This document shows positions 9,581-19,330 of a stretch of 64,000 bases of DNA, one piece after another. Origin of the DNA: Bacilli bacterium (lineage in GTDB: Bacteria > Bacillota_I > Bacilli_A > RF39 > UBA660); the NCBI GenBank assembly GCA_017435255.1, contig JAFSFI010000011.1:48894-112893 (forward strand), given 5' to 3'. The notes below the pieces were generated by a model. It made no database searches. It was given only the letters and a program-made list of their open reading frames with translations, and was not told the origin of the DNA. Both the position numbers and the translations under genes were made by a program. Within the stretch, counting starts at the first letter, position 1. Every line of letters begins with the position of its first letter.

Positions 9581-9834
9581 TCCCCCCAGATAAAAGATTA
9601 ATTAATACAATTTCATTTTAACTTATACTGTTGAAAAAATAAAGCAAAAACGGTAAAAAAAAATAATCAACAAGTAATTCACAAAGTTTTCAACAATTTT
9701 TGTGTATAAAAAACAATAATATTAATAAGTTTTGCACATTTTCCACAAATTTTAAATAACAAATGTAGAAAAAGTTATGCACATGTATGTTAATTGTGTT
9801 GAAAACAATTTATGTGATATTTTTTTAAAAAAGT
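9581..9834. other. oriC: oriC part 1 (dnaA upstream): DnaA-box cluster
   Basis: The 9-mers within 1-2 mismatches of TTATCCACA/TGTGGATAA are: 9629-37 TGTTGAAAA, 9675-83 TAATTCACA, 9687-95 TTTTCAACA, 9701-09 TGTGTATAA, 9739-47 TTTTCCACA, 9775-83 TTATGCACA, 9797-9805 TGTTGAAAA. Gene-strand polarity switches here. Confidence 0.8.
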
Positions 9835-9864
9835 TTGACAAAAAGATAGAAGTACTATTATAAT
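9835..9864 (+). promoter_or_regulatory. sigma-A type promoter of rpmH-rnpA operon
   Basis: TTGACA (9835-40), 18-nt spacer, TATAAT (9859-64). Confidence 0.65.
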
Positions 9865-9894
9865 AGGGTAGATTTTAGTTTGGAGGTGGAATAA

Positions 9895-10014
9895 ATGAAA
9901 AGAACTTATCAACCCAATAATAGAAAAAAAGCAAAAAAGCTAGGATTTTTCGCTAGAATGAAAAATGGTATTATTAAAAGAAGAAGAGCAAAAGGTCGTA
10001 AAAAACTAGTATAA
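9895..10014 (+). CDS. rpmH: 50S ribosomal protein L34
   Basis: Hand translation gives [39 protein letters not shown], with SD GGAGGTGG upstream. It is too short for the ORF track. Confidence 0.93.
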   Translation: MKRTYQPNNRKKAKKLGFFARMKNGIIKRRRAKGRKKLV

Positions 10015-10020
10015 TTAATT

Positions 10021-10044
10021 CCACTGGCAACAGTGGCTTTTTTG
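10021..10044 (+). terminator. hairpin plus U-run between rpmH and rnpA (terminator/attenuator)
   Basis: CCACTG-GCAA-CAGTGG followed by CTTTTTTG. Confidence 0.5.
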
Positions 10045-10071
10045 TTATATACTTGTATTGGAGCGTGTGTT

Positions 10072-10416
10072 ATGAAAAAGAAAAATATTGTTAAAGAAAA
10101 TAAAGATTTTTCTAAAATTATAAATAACGGAAAAAAATGTTGGAATGATGCTTATTCAATATATTATGACGAAAATAATTATGGCAATTACAGAATAGGG
10201 ATTTCAGTAAGTAAAAAAATCGGTAATGCAGTAGTGAGAAATAAAATAAAAAGACAAATAAGAAATATTGCTGATAAATATAAAAACATCTACCAAAAAA
10301 ACAGAGATTATATTATAATAGTAAGAAGAAATTATATTAATTTAAATTTTTATGAATTGGAAATTAAATATTTAGAATTAATAAACAAAATAACACATAG
10401 AGGAGAGTTACAATGA
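10072..10416 (+). CDS. rnpA: RNase P protein component
   Basis: KKIGNAVVRNKIKRQIR (RNR motif); follows rpmH. ATG at 10072 with SD GGAG is preferred over the track GTG at 10033. Confidence 0.88.
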   Translation: MKKKNIVKENKDFSKIINNGKKCWNDAYSIYYDENNYGNYRIGISVSKKIGNAVVRNKIKRQIRNIADKYKNIYQKNRDYIIIVRRNYINLNFYELEIKYLELINKITHRGELQ

Positions 10417-11348
10417 AAAACAAAAACAAAAAAATAAGAATATTGTTTTTAGCATTAATATTGATATTATCAACAGGGTGTACCAAAACATTAAATGATC
10501 CTGAAACAAAGAAAGCGGTCATAAACCCTAGAACTGGTCAAAGTTTAACACAAAATATATTGTGTCAACCTACAGATGAGGAGTCAATAAAATTATACAA
10601 AGAATATAAGAAAATAATAAATATAGAGAAATTGCCTACCTGCAATAAATTTTCTATTACTTCTGGTGGTTACGATGGTTTATGGGATAGCCTTTTTATA
10701 AAGCCGTTAGCATGGTCTATCATTCAAATAGGTAATTTTGTAAAAAGTTACGGATTAGCATTAATAATTACTAGCTTATTAATAAGAATGGTAGCGCTGC
10801 CAATAACTAAAAAAACTGCGATTCAATCTGAACTTATAGCTAAAGCTAAACCTGAATTAGATAGATTAGAGAAGAAATATGAAAATAAAACTGATCAAGC
10901 ATCGATGATGAAGAAGAGTCAAGAGATGACAATGATTTATAAAAAATATAACATAAACCCTATTGCAGGATGTTTATATGCATTTTTACAAATTCCTTTG
11001 TTTATAGCATTTTTAGAATCTATAAATAGGGTTCCAGCTATTTTTGAAGAAAATTTTATAGGATTCCAATTAGGTACAACACCTATGATAGGAATGCAAA
11101 ATGGTAATTATTTATATTTAATAATAGTTGCATTAGTAGCACTTACAACATTCTTCTCATTTAAATTAAATTCAACAAGCACAGATGTTAATGGACAGAA
11201 TGGAATGATGAATAGAATAATGGTAATAACAATTACATTTATGTCATTATTTATGTCTGCTGCGTTAGGTATATATTGGGTAACAACTAATATGTTTACT
11301 GTTGCACAAAATTTATTAGTTAAAAGGAGTAAAAAAATAAATGGATAA
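10413..11348 (+). CDS. yidC: membrane protein insertase YidC/SpoIIIJ (lipoprotein)
   Basis: Lipobox LSTGC; multi-TM Oxa1/YidC core; ATGA overlap with rnpA; conserved position. Confidence 0.9.
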   Translation: MKNKNKKIRILFLALILILSTGCTKTLNDPETKKAVINPRTGQSLTQNILCQPTDEESIKLYKEYKKIINIEKLPTCNKFSITSGGYDGLWDSLFIKPLAWSIIQIGNFVKSYGLALIITSLLIRMVALPITKKTAIQSELIAKAKPELDRLEKKYENKTDQASMMKKSQEMTMIYKKYNINPIAGCLYAFLQIPLFIAFLESINRVPAIFEENFIGFQLGTTPMIGMQNGNYLYLIIVALVALTTFFSFKLNSTSTDVNGQNGMMNRIMVITITFMSLFMSAALGIYWVTTNMFTVAQNLLVKRSKKING

Positions 11349-11949
11349 GTATGTATATAGTGGGAAGAATAAAGAGGAAGCGTTAGAGAAAGCTTTAACT
11401 GATTTAAATGTTAGCGAAAAAGAAATTTATGTTAAGGAGACCGAACAAAAAGGCGGATTATTTAAAAATAAAAGAATTGATTTAGAAATTATAAAAAAAT
11501 CTGATGTAGTTGAGGAATTGAAAAACTTCATAAAAAACGTTATAAAACTAATGGGGATAGAAGCAAATCTAGAGGTAAAAACAAGAGAAGATAGTGTTAG
11601 TATTACTGTGTATAGTGATAATAACAAAATTTTAATCGGTAAAGGCGGAAGAACAATTGATGCATTAAGCATGATCGCCAAACAATATATTCACAATGAA
11701 ATAGGTACTAATTTTAGATTTATACTAGATGTTGGTGAATATAAAGCAAAACACCAAAAAAATATTGAATATATGGCAAAAAAAGTTGCCAGAGAAGTAG
11801 CAAAAACAAAAATAGAAGCAAAATTAGACCCTATGAATTCTTATGAAAGAAGATTAGTTCATAGTATTTTATCAGATAATGAAAAAGTTTATACAGAAAG
11901 TATTGGTGAAGAACCAAACAGGGCTGTAGTAATAAAACCAAGAGATTAA
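11341..11949 (+). CDS. jag: Jag/KhpB RNA-binding protein (KH + R3H)
   Basis: GKGGRTIDAL (KH) and YERRLVH (R3H) motifs; conserved position after yidC. Confidence 0.85.
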   Translation: MDKYVYSGKNKEEALEKALTDLNVSEKEIYVKETEQKGGLFKNKRIDLEIIKKSDVVEELKNFIKNVIKLMGIEANLEVKTREDSVSITVYSDNNKILIGKGGRTIDALSMIAKQYIHNEIGTNFRFILDVGEYKAKHQKNIEYMAKKVAREVAKTKIEAKLDPMNSYERRLVHSILSDNEKVYTESIGEEPNRAVVIKPRD

Positions 11950-11985
11950 GTAAATATTTTTATAAAAATTAACTGGAGTGAAAAA

Positions 11986-12192
11986 ATGAATAAAAGCGTT
12001 ATTTCGCATACCCCAGTAGGAACGGTTTGGGATCCTACTTTTTCAGGAAGATATTATACAGATGAGGATCAATTGTTAGTTAATAATAAACTTGAAAAAT
12101 ATAGTGAACTATTAAATGAAGAAAACAACAAGCCTATAGATGAGCAATTAGAAAAAGAAAATTCAAATAATAATATTGTTAAAAAAAGATAA
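11986..12192 (+). CDS. hypothetical small protein (68 aa)
   Basis: Good SD (GGAGTG 7 nt upstream) and its own terminator. No recognisable family; the C-terminal half is acidic and Asn-rich. Confidence 0.5.
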   Translation: MNKSVISHTPVGTVWDPTFSGRYYTDEDQLLVNNKLEKYSELLNEENNKPIDEQLEKENSNNNIVKKR

Positions 12193-12231
12193 ATAGCAAC
12201 TATAATTATATTGTTATTAGAAAAATAAAGA

Positions 12232-12259
12232 TACTGAAATAAATGTTCAGTATTTTTTA
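12232..12259 (+). terminator. intrinsic terminator
   Basis: ATACTGAA-ATAAATG-TTCAGTAT followed by TTTTT. Confidence 0.7.
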
Positions 12260-12358
12260 TATTTATAAATTAAATAAAAAAATCTATTTTGTTATATCAA
12301 GCACTTGAAAAAATTATAAATATGTTATAATCTATATAGACAAAAAAGGGGTGATAAT

Positions 12359-13708
12359 ATGAAGGATACAATAACGGCTATCTCAACAGCATTAGGAGTA
12401 GGAGCAATTTCAATTATTCGTATAAGTGGTGATGAAGCTATAAATATTGCTAATTCTATTTTTAAAGGTAAAGATTTAACTAAAGTAGATAGCCATACCA
12501 TTCACTATGGACATATAGTGGATGAAGAAGAAACAATAGATGAAGTTTTATTATCTATAATGAGAGCCCCTAAAACCTTTACTTGCGAAGATATTATAGA
12601 AATTAATTGTCATGGTGGTATCGCAACTACGAACAAAATATTAGAGTTAATCTTGCTAAAAGGAGCAAGACTTGCTGAACCAGGAGAATTTACTAAAAGA
12701 GCATTTTTAAACGGAAGAATTGATCTGATAGAAGCTGAATCAGTAATGGATTTGATTGATGCAAAAACAGAACAAGCTAGAAAATTATCAATTAATCAGT
12801 TGGATGGAAAAGTAAGTGAAATAATAAAGAAATTTAGAAAAAAATTGCTAGAATTATTAGCTAGTATAGAAGTTAACATAGATTATCCTGAATATGAAGA
12901 ATATGAAGTTATAACAAATGAAAATATTAAAAAAGAGATTAATTATATAAAAAATGAGTTACTTAAAATAATTAAGGAGTCAGAAAACGGAAAAATAATT
13001 AGAAACGGAATTAAAGTTGCTATTGTTGGAAGGCCAAATGTAGGTAAGAGTAGTATTTTGAATCGTTTCTTAGACGAGGAAAAAGCAATTGTTACAGATA
13101 TAGCAGGTACAACTAGAGATATAGTTGAAGGACAAGTTAGTCTAGATGGTATTTTGTTTAATTTTGTGGATACAGCAGGTATTAGAGAAGCAACCGACAT
13201 AGTAGAACAAATAGGAATAGAAAGAAGCAAAAATGAAATAAATTCTGCTGATTTAGTTTTGTTAGTGTTAAATAACAACGAAGAATTAAATAGCGAAGAT
13301 AAACAGCTAATTGATGAATTACCAAAAAATTCGATTATAGTTATTAATAAAACAGATTTAGAAAATAGACTTGATATAGAAAGTATAGATAGAGAAAAAG
13401 TGTTTATTAATACCGTTAGTCTAGATGGTATAGAACCGTTAAAAGAAAAAATTAAAGAAATGTTTAAGTTAGATCAAATAAATAATGGAGATTGTACTTA
13501 TTTAAGTAATGCAAGACAAATCTCTTTAGCAAAAGAAGCATATGCAATAATTAATGACATTGAAACAGGAATACAAAATGAAGTGCCAACAGACTTAATA
13601 GAAATTGATATAAAACGCATTTGGGAAAAATTAGGAGAAATACTTGGTGAAACATATACGGATGAATTAATAGACCAATTATTTACCCAGTTTTGTCTTG
13701 GAAAATAG
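12359..13708 (+). CDS. mnmE: tRNA modification GTPase MnmE
   Basis: G-domain GRPNVGKSS, DTAGIR, NKTD; C-terminal CLGK. Confidence 0.95.
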   Translation: MKDTITAISTALGVGAISIIRISGDEAINIANSIFKGKDLTKVDSHTIHYGHIVDEEETIDEVLLSIMRAPKTFTCEDIIEINCHGGIATTNKILELILLKGARLAEPGEFTKRAFLNGRIDLIEAESVMDLIDAKTEQARKLSINQLDGKVSEIIKKFRKKLLELLASIEVNIDYPEYEEYEVITNENIKKEINYIKNELLKIIKESENGKIIRNGIKVAIVGRPNVGKSSILNRFLDEEKAIVTDIAGTTRDIVEGQVSLDGILFNFVDTAGIREATDIVEQIGIERSKNEINSADLVLLVLNNNEELNSEDKQLIDELPKNSIIVINKTDLENRLDIESIDREKVFINTVSLDGIEPLKEKIKEMFKLDQINNGDCTYLSNARQISLAKEAYAIINDIETGIQNEVPTDLIEIDIKRIWEKLGEILGETYTDELIDQLFTQFCLGK

Positions 13709-13720
13709 GAAGTGATTTAA

Positions 13721-15583
13721 ATGGAATATGATATTATTGTTGTAGGGGGAGGACATGCGGGATGTGAGGCATCCTTGGCGGCTGCTAGAAAAGGAAAGAA
13801 AACTTTGCTTATAACAAGTAATAAAAAAAATATAGCGGATATGCCTTGTAATCCTTCAATTGGGGGACCCGCTAAAGGTATAGTAGTAAGAGAAATATCT
13901 GCTCTTGGTGGAGAAATGGCCAATAATATAGATAAAAGTTTTTTACAAATGAAGTTACTTAACACAAAAAAAGGTCCAGCGGTAAGAGCGTTAAGAGCAC
14001 AAGCAGATAAAATTGACTATAGCAAGGAAATGATTAAAACTTTAGAAAATACACTTAATCTAACGATTTTAGAAGGAATGGTTGAAGATTTACTAATAGA
14101 AAACGAAAAGATAAAAGGAATAGAGTTAGAGGATGGAACAAGAATAAAATCTAAAATCGTAATATTAACAACAGGAACTTATTTAAAAGGTACTATTTTA
14201 TATGGTTCTACAAAAATAGAAAGTGGGCCACATGATGAAAGACCATCTAAATTCTTGAGTGAAAACCTTAGAAAACTTGGTTTTAGAATAAAAAGATTAA
14301 AAACAGGAACGCCTCCTAGAATAGAAAAAAGTAGTATTGATTTTAGTAAAGCAGAATTACAACCAGGAGACCCTGAACCAAGATACTTTTCTATTTTTAA
14401 TAACAAAGAATACGATGTTAACGACCAAATACCATGTTATTTGATTTATACTAATTCTGAAACCCATGAGATAATTAAAGAAAATTTAAATAAATCTAGT
14501 ATGTATGGTGGTTATGTAGAAGGTGTAGGACCTAGATATTGTCCATCAATAGAAGATAAAATTGTAAGATTTAGCGATAAAGAAAGACACCAATTATTTT
14601 TGGAACCAGAAAGTATTTATTACGATGATATATATATTCAAGGATTTTCAACGAGTATGCCACATGACATTCAAGAAAAAATGGTACGCAGTTTGCCAGG
14701 ACTTGAAAATGCGATTATCAATAAATATGCTTATGCTATAGAGTATGATGCAATTGACTCTACCCAATTAAAACCAACTCTTGAAACAAAATTAATAGAA
14801 GGATTATATACTGCCGGGCAAATAAATGGAACAAGCGGTTATGAGGAAGCGGCATGTCAAGGGTTAATTGCAGGAATTAATGCTGCACTAAAATTGGAGT
14901 CTAAAGAAGAGTTAGTATTAAAAAGAAATGAAGCATACATTGGGGTTTTGATTGATGACTTAGTTACTAAAGGTGTAATTGATCCGTATAGATTGTTAAC
15001 TTCGCGAGCAGAATATCGTTTGCTGTTAAGGCACGATAACGCAGATTTAAGATTAATGGATTACGGATATTCTGTAGGCTTAGTAAGCGAAGAAGATTAT
15101 AATTTGTTTTCAGAAAAGAGATCAAATATAGAAAAATTAACAAAAAATTTGAAGGAATATTTATTAACCCCAAACAAGGAAAATAACGAATATTTGATGA
15201 GTATTAATACACCTGAAATAGTTACTACTACTTCACTATATGATTTATTAAAAAGACCCGAAGTAGAACTTAAAGATTTAGAAAAATATATAGATTTAAA
15301 CTATAAGAAAGATGTATTAGAGCAAGTAAGTATAAATATTAAATATGAAGGTTATATAATAAAAGCAAATAAAGAAGCAGAGAAAATGCTAGAATATGAT
15401 AATATTAAAATTCCTGAAGATATTGATTATACATTAGTTCATAATATAGCAGCAGAGGCAAAACAAAAACTAAGTGAGATAAGGCCTACTTCAATTGGAC
15501 AGGCTATGAGAATAAGCGGCGTTAATCCGTCAGACATCACTATGTTAATGGTATATTTGAAAAGGAATAAAGAAAATGAATAA
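13721..15583 (+). CDS. mnmG: tRNA uridine 5-carboxymethylaminomethyl modification enzyme MnmG
   Basis: FAD motif VVGGGHAGCEA; 620 aa; follows mnmE. Confidence 0.96.
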   Translation: MEYDIIVVGGGHAGCEASLAAARKGKKTLLITSNKKNIADMPCNPSIGGPAKGIVVREISALGGEMANNIDKSFLQMKLLNTKKGPAVRALRAQADKIDYSKEMIKTLENTLNLTILEGMVEDLLIENEKIKGIELEDGTRIKSKIVILTTGTYLKGTILYGSTKIESGPHDERPSKFLSENLRKLGFRIKRLKTGTPPRIEKSSIDFSKAELQPGDPEPRYFSIFNNKEYDVNDQIPCYLIYTNSETHEIIKENLNKSSMYGGYVEGVGPRYCPSIEDKIVRFSDKERHQLFLEPESIYYDDIYIQGFSTSMPHDIQEKMVRSLPGLENAIINKYAYAIEYDAIDSTQLKPTLETKLIEGLYTAGQINGTSGYEEAACQGLIAGINAALKLESKEELVLKRNEAYIGVLIDDLVTKGVIDPYRLLTSRAEYRLLLRHDNADLRLMDYGYSVGLVSEEDYNLFSEKRSNIEKLTKNLKEYLLTPNKENNEYLMSINTPEIVTTTSLYDLLKRPEVELKDLEKYIDLNYKKDVLEQVSINIKYEGYIIKANKEAEKMLEYDNIKIPEDIDYTLVHNIAAEAKQKLSEIRPTSIGQAMRISGVNPSDITMLMVYLKRNKENE

Positions 15584-16280
15584 AGAAGAATTTTTAATAG
15601 AAACAAAAAAAATGGGTCTTGATATTACTGTAGAACAGCTGGATTTGTTAGATAGATTTTATAATTTACTAATTGAATGGAATAAAAAAATAAATTTAAC
15701 TACAATTACCTCATATGAAGAAGTATATTTAAAACACTTTTTCGATAGTTTAACTTTATATAAGGAAGTTAATTTAAATGAAACCCTATATTTGTGTGAT
15801 GTGGGTACTGGAGCTGGTTTTCCCGGTATTGTTTTAAAAATTTGCTTTCCAAAACTAAATATAACACTTGTAGATTCATTACAAAAAAGAGTGAATTATT
15901 TGAACACCATAATAGAAGAGTTAAATTTAGCGGATATTAGAGCATATCATGTTAGAATGGAAGATTTTTCAAAATTAAACGAGGAAAAATTCGATATTAT
16001 AACGGCAAGAGCTGTTGCGAATATGAACACTTTATTAGAAATAAGCATAAAATCATTAAAAATAAACGGGCGATTGATACTTATGAAAGCTAATTGTGAA
16101 GAAGAAATATCTAACTGTAAAAAAGCACTAAAAGAATTGTCCTGTGAATTAGTTAATGTTAAAAAGTTTACTTTACCTAAAGAAAATAGTAATAGGACTC
16201 TAATTAATATTAAAAAGACATCAAAGACCAAAGAAAAGTATCCTAGAACAATAGATAAAATCAAAAAAAATCCGCTATAA
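15576..16280 (+). CDS. rsmG: 16S rRNA (guanine527-N7)-methyltransferase RsmG
   Basis: SAM motif DVGTGAGFPG; GidB length and position. Confidence 0.92.
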   Translation: MNKEEFLIETKKMGLDITVEQLDLLDRFYNLLIEWNKKINLTTITSYEEVYLKHFFDSLTLYKEVNLNETLYLCDVGTGAGFPGIVLKICFPKLNITLVDSLQKRVNYLNTIIEELNLADIRAYHVRMEDFSKLNEEKFDIITARAVANMNTLLEISIKSLKINGRLILMKANCEEEISNCKKALKELSCELVNVKKFTLPKENSNRTLINIKKTSKTKEKYPRTIDKIKKNPL

Positions 16281-16394
16281 AATAAAGAATATAATTATAT
16301 ATTCTTTTTATTATTAATAAAAAAGAGATTGAAAAACATCTCAAATTATTATATAATGTAATATAGAATAAAAGAGTAAAGGGGAGGGTATAAA

Positions 16395-17363
16395 ATGGAT
16401 GAAGTAGTTTATCTATATTTAGATGACATTATACCTAACAGATTTCAACCTAGAGAAGTATTTGATGAAAGAGCATTAAAAGAACTAGCCCTATCAATAA
16501 GAGAGCATGGGGTTATCCAGCCAATTATTGTAAGGAAAATTGGAACAAAATATGAAATAATTGCTGGTGAACGCAGATATAAAGCATCAACATTAGCAGG
16601 GCTTACTAAAATTCCTGCAATAGTTAGAAATTTAGACGATAAAGAAAGCTCTAAAGTTGCTTTAATTGAAAACCTACAAAGAAAAGATTTGACCCCAATA
16701 GAAGAAGCTCGTACTTACCAAAAAATCTTAGATATCGATAATATTACGCAAGAAGAATTAGCAAAAAGCATGGGTAAAAGTCAGTCAGCGGTTTCAAACA
16801 AACTAAGACTTTTAACTCTATCAAATAAAATCCAAGAAGCACTTTTAAATGAAAAAATATCGGAAAGACATGCTAGAAGTTTGTTAAACGTTCCTGACGA
16901 AAAAGAACGAGAGAGGTTAACAGAATTAATTGTAGAAAAAAGATTGTCGGTAAAAGATTTAGAAAGTATCATAAAAAATAAAGAAATTGCAGAAGAAACC
17001 CAAGAAAAAGAAGAAGTAAAAGAAGAGATTAATTTAAATTCTGTAGAAGAAAAGAATAATAAACAACAAAAAAATGATGAATATCCAAGAATAAATTTTG
17101 AGGATCTATTGAAAAATCTTAAGAAAGATGACCCTATAATAGAAGAAGAAATAGAGACTCTTGATATTCAAGAGACAGACGACAATTACTTTTCGTTTGA
17201 CGGGTTCACAGATATTAATAATAATAGTTTTAGCAATAGTATTGATAAATTACGTGCTACAGTTAACGAAATTAAAAAGCTAGGAATCAAAATTAAAAGC
17301 GATGAGTTAGACTTAGAAAACAAACATAGGTTTATAATTGAAATAGAAAAAGATAACAAATAA
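16395..17363 (+). CDS. noc: ParB-family nucleoid occlusion protein Noc (no N-terminal helix, long acidic linker)
   Basis: ParB box PNRFQPR and the GERR CTP motif are present. The HTH GKSQSAVSNKLRLL..ISERHAR resembles B. subtilis Noc (GKGQS..ANKLRLL..ITERHAR) rather than Spo0J (GKSRPH..NHLRLL). The rsmG-noc-soj-spo0J order fits. Confidence 0.8.
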   Translation: MDEVVYLYLDDIIPNRFQPREVFDERALKELALSIREHGVIQPIIVRKIGTKYEIIAGERRYKASTLAGLTKIPAIVRNLDDKESSKVALIENLQRKDLTPIEEARTYQKILDIDNITQEELAKSMGKSQSAVSNKLRLLTLSNKIQEALLNEKISERHARSLLNVPDEKERERLTELIVEKRLSVKDLESIIKNKEIAEETQEKEEVKEEINLNSVEEKNNKQQKNDEYPRINFEDLLKNLKKDDPIIEEEIETLDIQETDDNYFSFDGFTDINNNSFSNSIDKLRATVNEIKKLGIKIKSDELDLENKHRFIIEIEKDNK

Positions 17364-17370
17364 AAAATTA

Positions 17371-17395
17371 AGATAGAATTTCTATCTTTTTTTTA
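17371..17395 (+). terminator. intrinsic terminator after noc
   Basis: AGATAGA-ATT-TCTATCT followed by T8. Confidence 0.7.
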
Positions 17396-17468
17396 TAAAA
17401 ACATTTAAAAAGTTGTTATTTTTTGATAGAATATTATTTGTCAAGAATTATTAGAAAAAGGTGATAGG

Positions 17469-18254
17469 ATGGGAAAGGTAATTTCTTTGGTAAATCAAAA
17501 AGGTGGAGTAGGAAAGACAACGACAAGCATTAATCTTTCAGCATCATTAGCAGTACTAGGAAAACAAGTTTTACTAATAGATTTAGATCCACAAGGAAAT
17601 ACAACAACAGGAATAGGTATAAACAAAGGTGATATAGATAAAAGTGTTTATGATGTTTTAATAGACAATTGTAATATCCAAGAAGCAGTAATATCTACTA
17701 GGTATAAAAGATTGTCTTTGTTGCCGGCCACTATTAATTTAGCGGGTATTGATATAGAGCTTTTAGAAAAGAGCAATGAGGACCCTACTTTTTCTAAAGG
17801 AAAACAATTAAAAACGAAGTTAGATACAATAAGAGAATTATTTGATTTTATTATAATAGATTGTCCTCCATCCTTGGGGTTAATTACTACAAATGCTTTA
17901 ACAGCATCTGATTCTGTAATAATACCTGTGCAATGTGAATTTTTTGCACTAGAAGGAATAATGCAGTTATTAAATACAATAATGATGGCCCAAAAGACAT
18001 TAAATCCTGATTTAGACATAGAAGGGGTGTTATTAACTATGCTTGATTCTAGAACAAAGTTGGGGTTTGAAGTAGTAGAGGATATTAGAAAGTATTTTAA
18101 AGAAAGAGTGTATAATACAATAATACCGAGATTAATTAGGTTAACAGAAGCTCCTTCTCATGGGAAGCCTATAATAGCATATGACCCAAAAAGTAAAGGA
18201 ACAGAAGCCTATTTAAATTTAGCGAAGGAAGTGATTGAAAGAAATGGAAACTAA
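17469..18254 (+). CDS. soj: chromosome partitioning ATPase ParA/Soj
   Basis: Deviant Walker A KGGVGKTT; 261 aa; upstream of parB. Confidence 0.95.
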   Translation: MGKVISLVNQKGGVGKTTTSINLSASLAVLGKQVLLIDLDPQGNTTTGIGINKGDIDKSVYDVLIDNCNIQEAVISTRYKRLSLLPATINLAGIDIELLEKSNEDPTFSKGKQLKTKLDTIRELFDFIIIDCPPSLGLITTNALTASDSVIIPVQCEFFALEGIMQLLNTIMMAQKTLNPDLDIEGVLLTMLDSRTKLGFEVVEDIRKYFKERVYNTIIPRLIRLTEAPSHGKPIIAYDPKSKGTEAYLNLAKEVIERNGN

Positions 18255-19119
18255 AAGAAGAGCCCTTGGAAAGGGATTAGAAGAACTATTTAATAACGAA
18301 CAACTAGATTTAAATAAATTTGAAAAGAAGATAATTGAAAGCACACCAAAAGAAGAAATAATTGAGGTTAAGATTAGTGAATTGAGGCCTAACCCATATC
18401 AGCCTAGAAAGGTGTTTGATGAATCAAAGCTAGAAGAGTTGGCATCATCAATTAAAGAACACGGTGTATTTCAGCCAATTATAATTAAAAAAAGTATAAA
18501 AGGATATGAGATCATTGCTGGGGAAAGAAGAGTAAAAGCATCTTCTAAAGCAGGATTAGAAAAGATCCCTGCAATTATAAGAGATTTCGATGATGAGGCA
18601 ATGATGGAAATTGCCTTGCTTGAAAATCTACAAAGAGAAAATTTAAACTCAATAGAAGAAGCAACCGCTTATAGAAAGTTATTAGATACTTTAAAATTAA
18701 CACAAGAAGAGCTAGCTAAAAAACTAGGTAAAAGTAGAAGTCATATTACAAATATGTTAGGATTGTTATCTTTACCAGAAGAAGTAAAAGAGATGATTAA
18801 TGATAATAAAATTAGTATGAGTCATGCTCGAGTTTTAAGCAAAATAGAGGGAAGAAATAAGATCTTAGATTTAGCGCAAAAAATAGTTGACAACAACTTA
18901 AATGTTAGAGATTTAGAAGAAATGTCACAAGACAAAGAAATAATAAAAAAACGTCATATTGAAAAGAGAAAAGAAAACGAATATCGTTATATTGAGGAAA
19001 CATTGTGTGATAAATTAGGAACAAAGGTAAAAATTTCTAAAACCAAAATCGAAATTAAGTTTAGTGATACAGATGATTTAAATAGAATATTGGAATCACT
19101 AAATTTAATAGAAAAATAA
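18244..19119 (+). CDS. spo0J: chromosome partitioning protein ParB/Spo0J
   Basis: RALGKGLEEL N-terminus, PNPYQPR box, GERR, HTH GKSRSHITNMLGLL. ATG at 18244 is preferred; the track TTG is at 18235. Confidence 0.93.
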   Translation: METKRRALGKGLEELFNNEQLDLNKFEKKIIESTPKEEIIEVKISELRPNPYQPRKVFDESKLEELASSIKEHGVFQPIIIKKSIKGYEIIAGERRVKASSKAGLEKIPAIIRDFDDEAMMEIALLENLQRENLNSIEEATAYRKLLDTLKLTQEELAKKLGKSRSHITNMLGLLSLPEEVKEMINDNKISMSHARVLSKIEGRNKILDLAQKIVDNNLNVRDLEEMSQDKEIIKKRHIEKRKENEYRYIEETLCDKLGTKVKISKTKIEIKFSDTDDLNRILESLNLIEK

Positions 19120-19134
19120 AATGACGGTGATTTC

Positions 19135-19320
19135 ATGGACAATAAAAGTTATACAGTAGGAACTGTAGTAGAAATGAAAAAGGGACATCCTTGTGGTGAA
19201 AACAAATGGGAAGTTATAAGAATTGGTGCAGATATTAAAATAAAATGTGTAAAATGTGGTAGGATAGTTATGATTCCTAGAGTAGAATTTAATAAAAAAC
19301 TAAAAAAAATTATTAGTTAG
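19135..19320 (+). CDS. DUF951 family small protein (YyzM-like)
   Basis: 61 aa with GHPCG...CxxCG pattern; conserved position between spo0J and ychF in Bacilli. Confidence 0.7.
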   Translation: MDNKSYTVGTVVEMKKGHPCGENKWEVIRIGADIKIKCVKCGRIVMIPRVEFNKKLKKIIS

Positions 19321-19330
19321 GAGAAATCAA

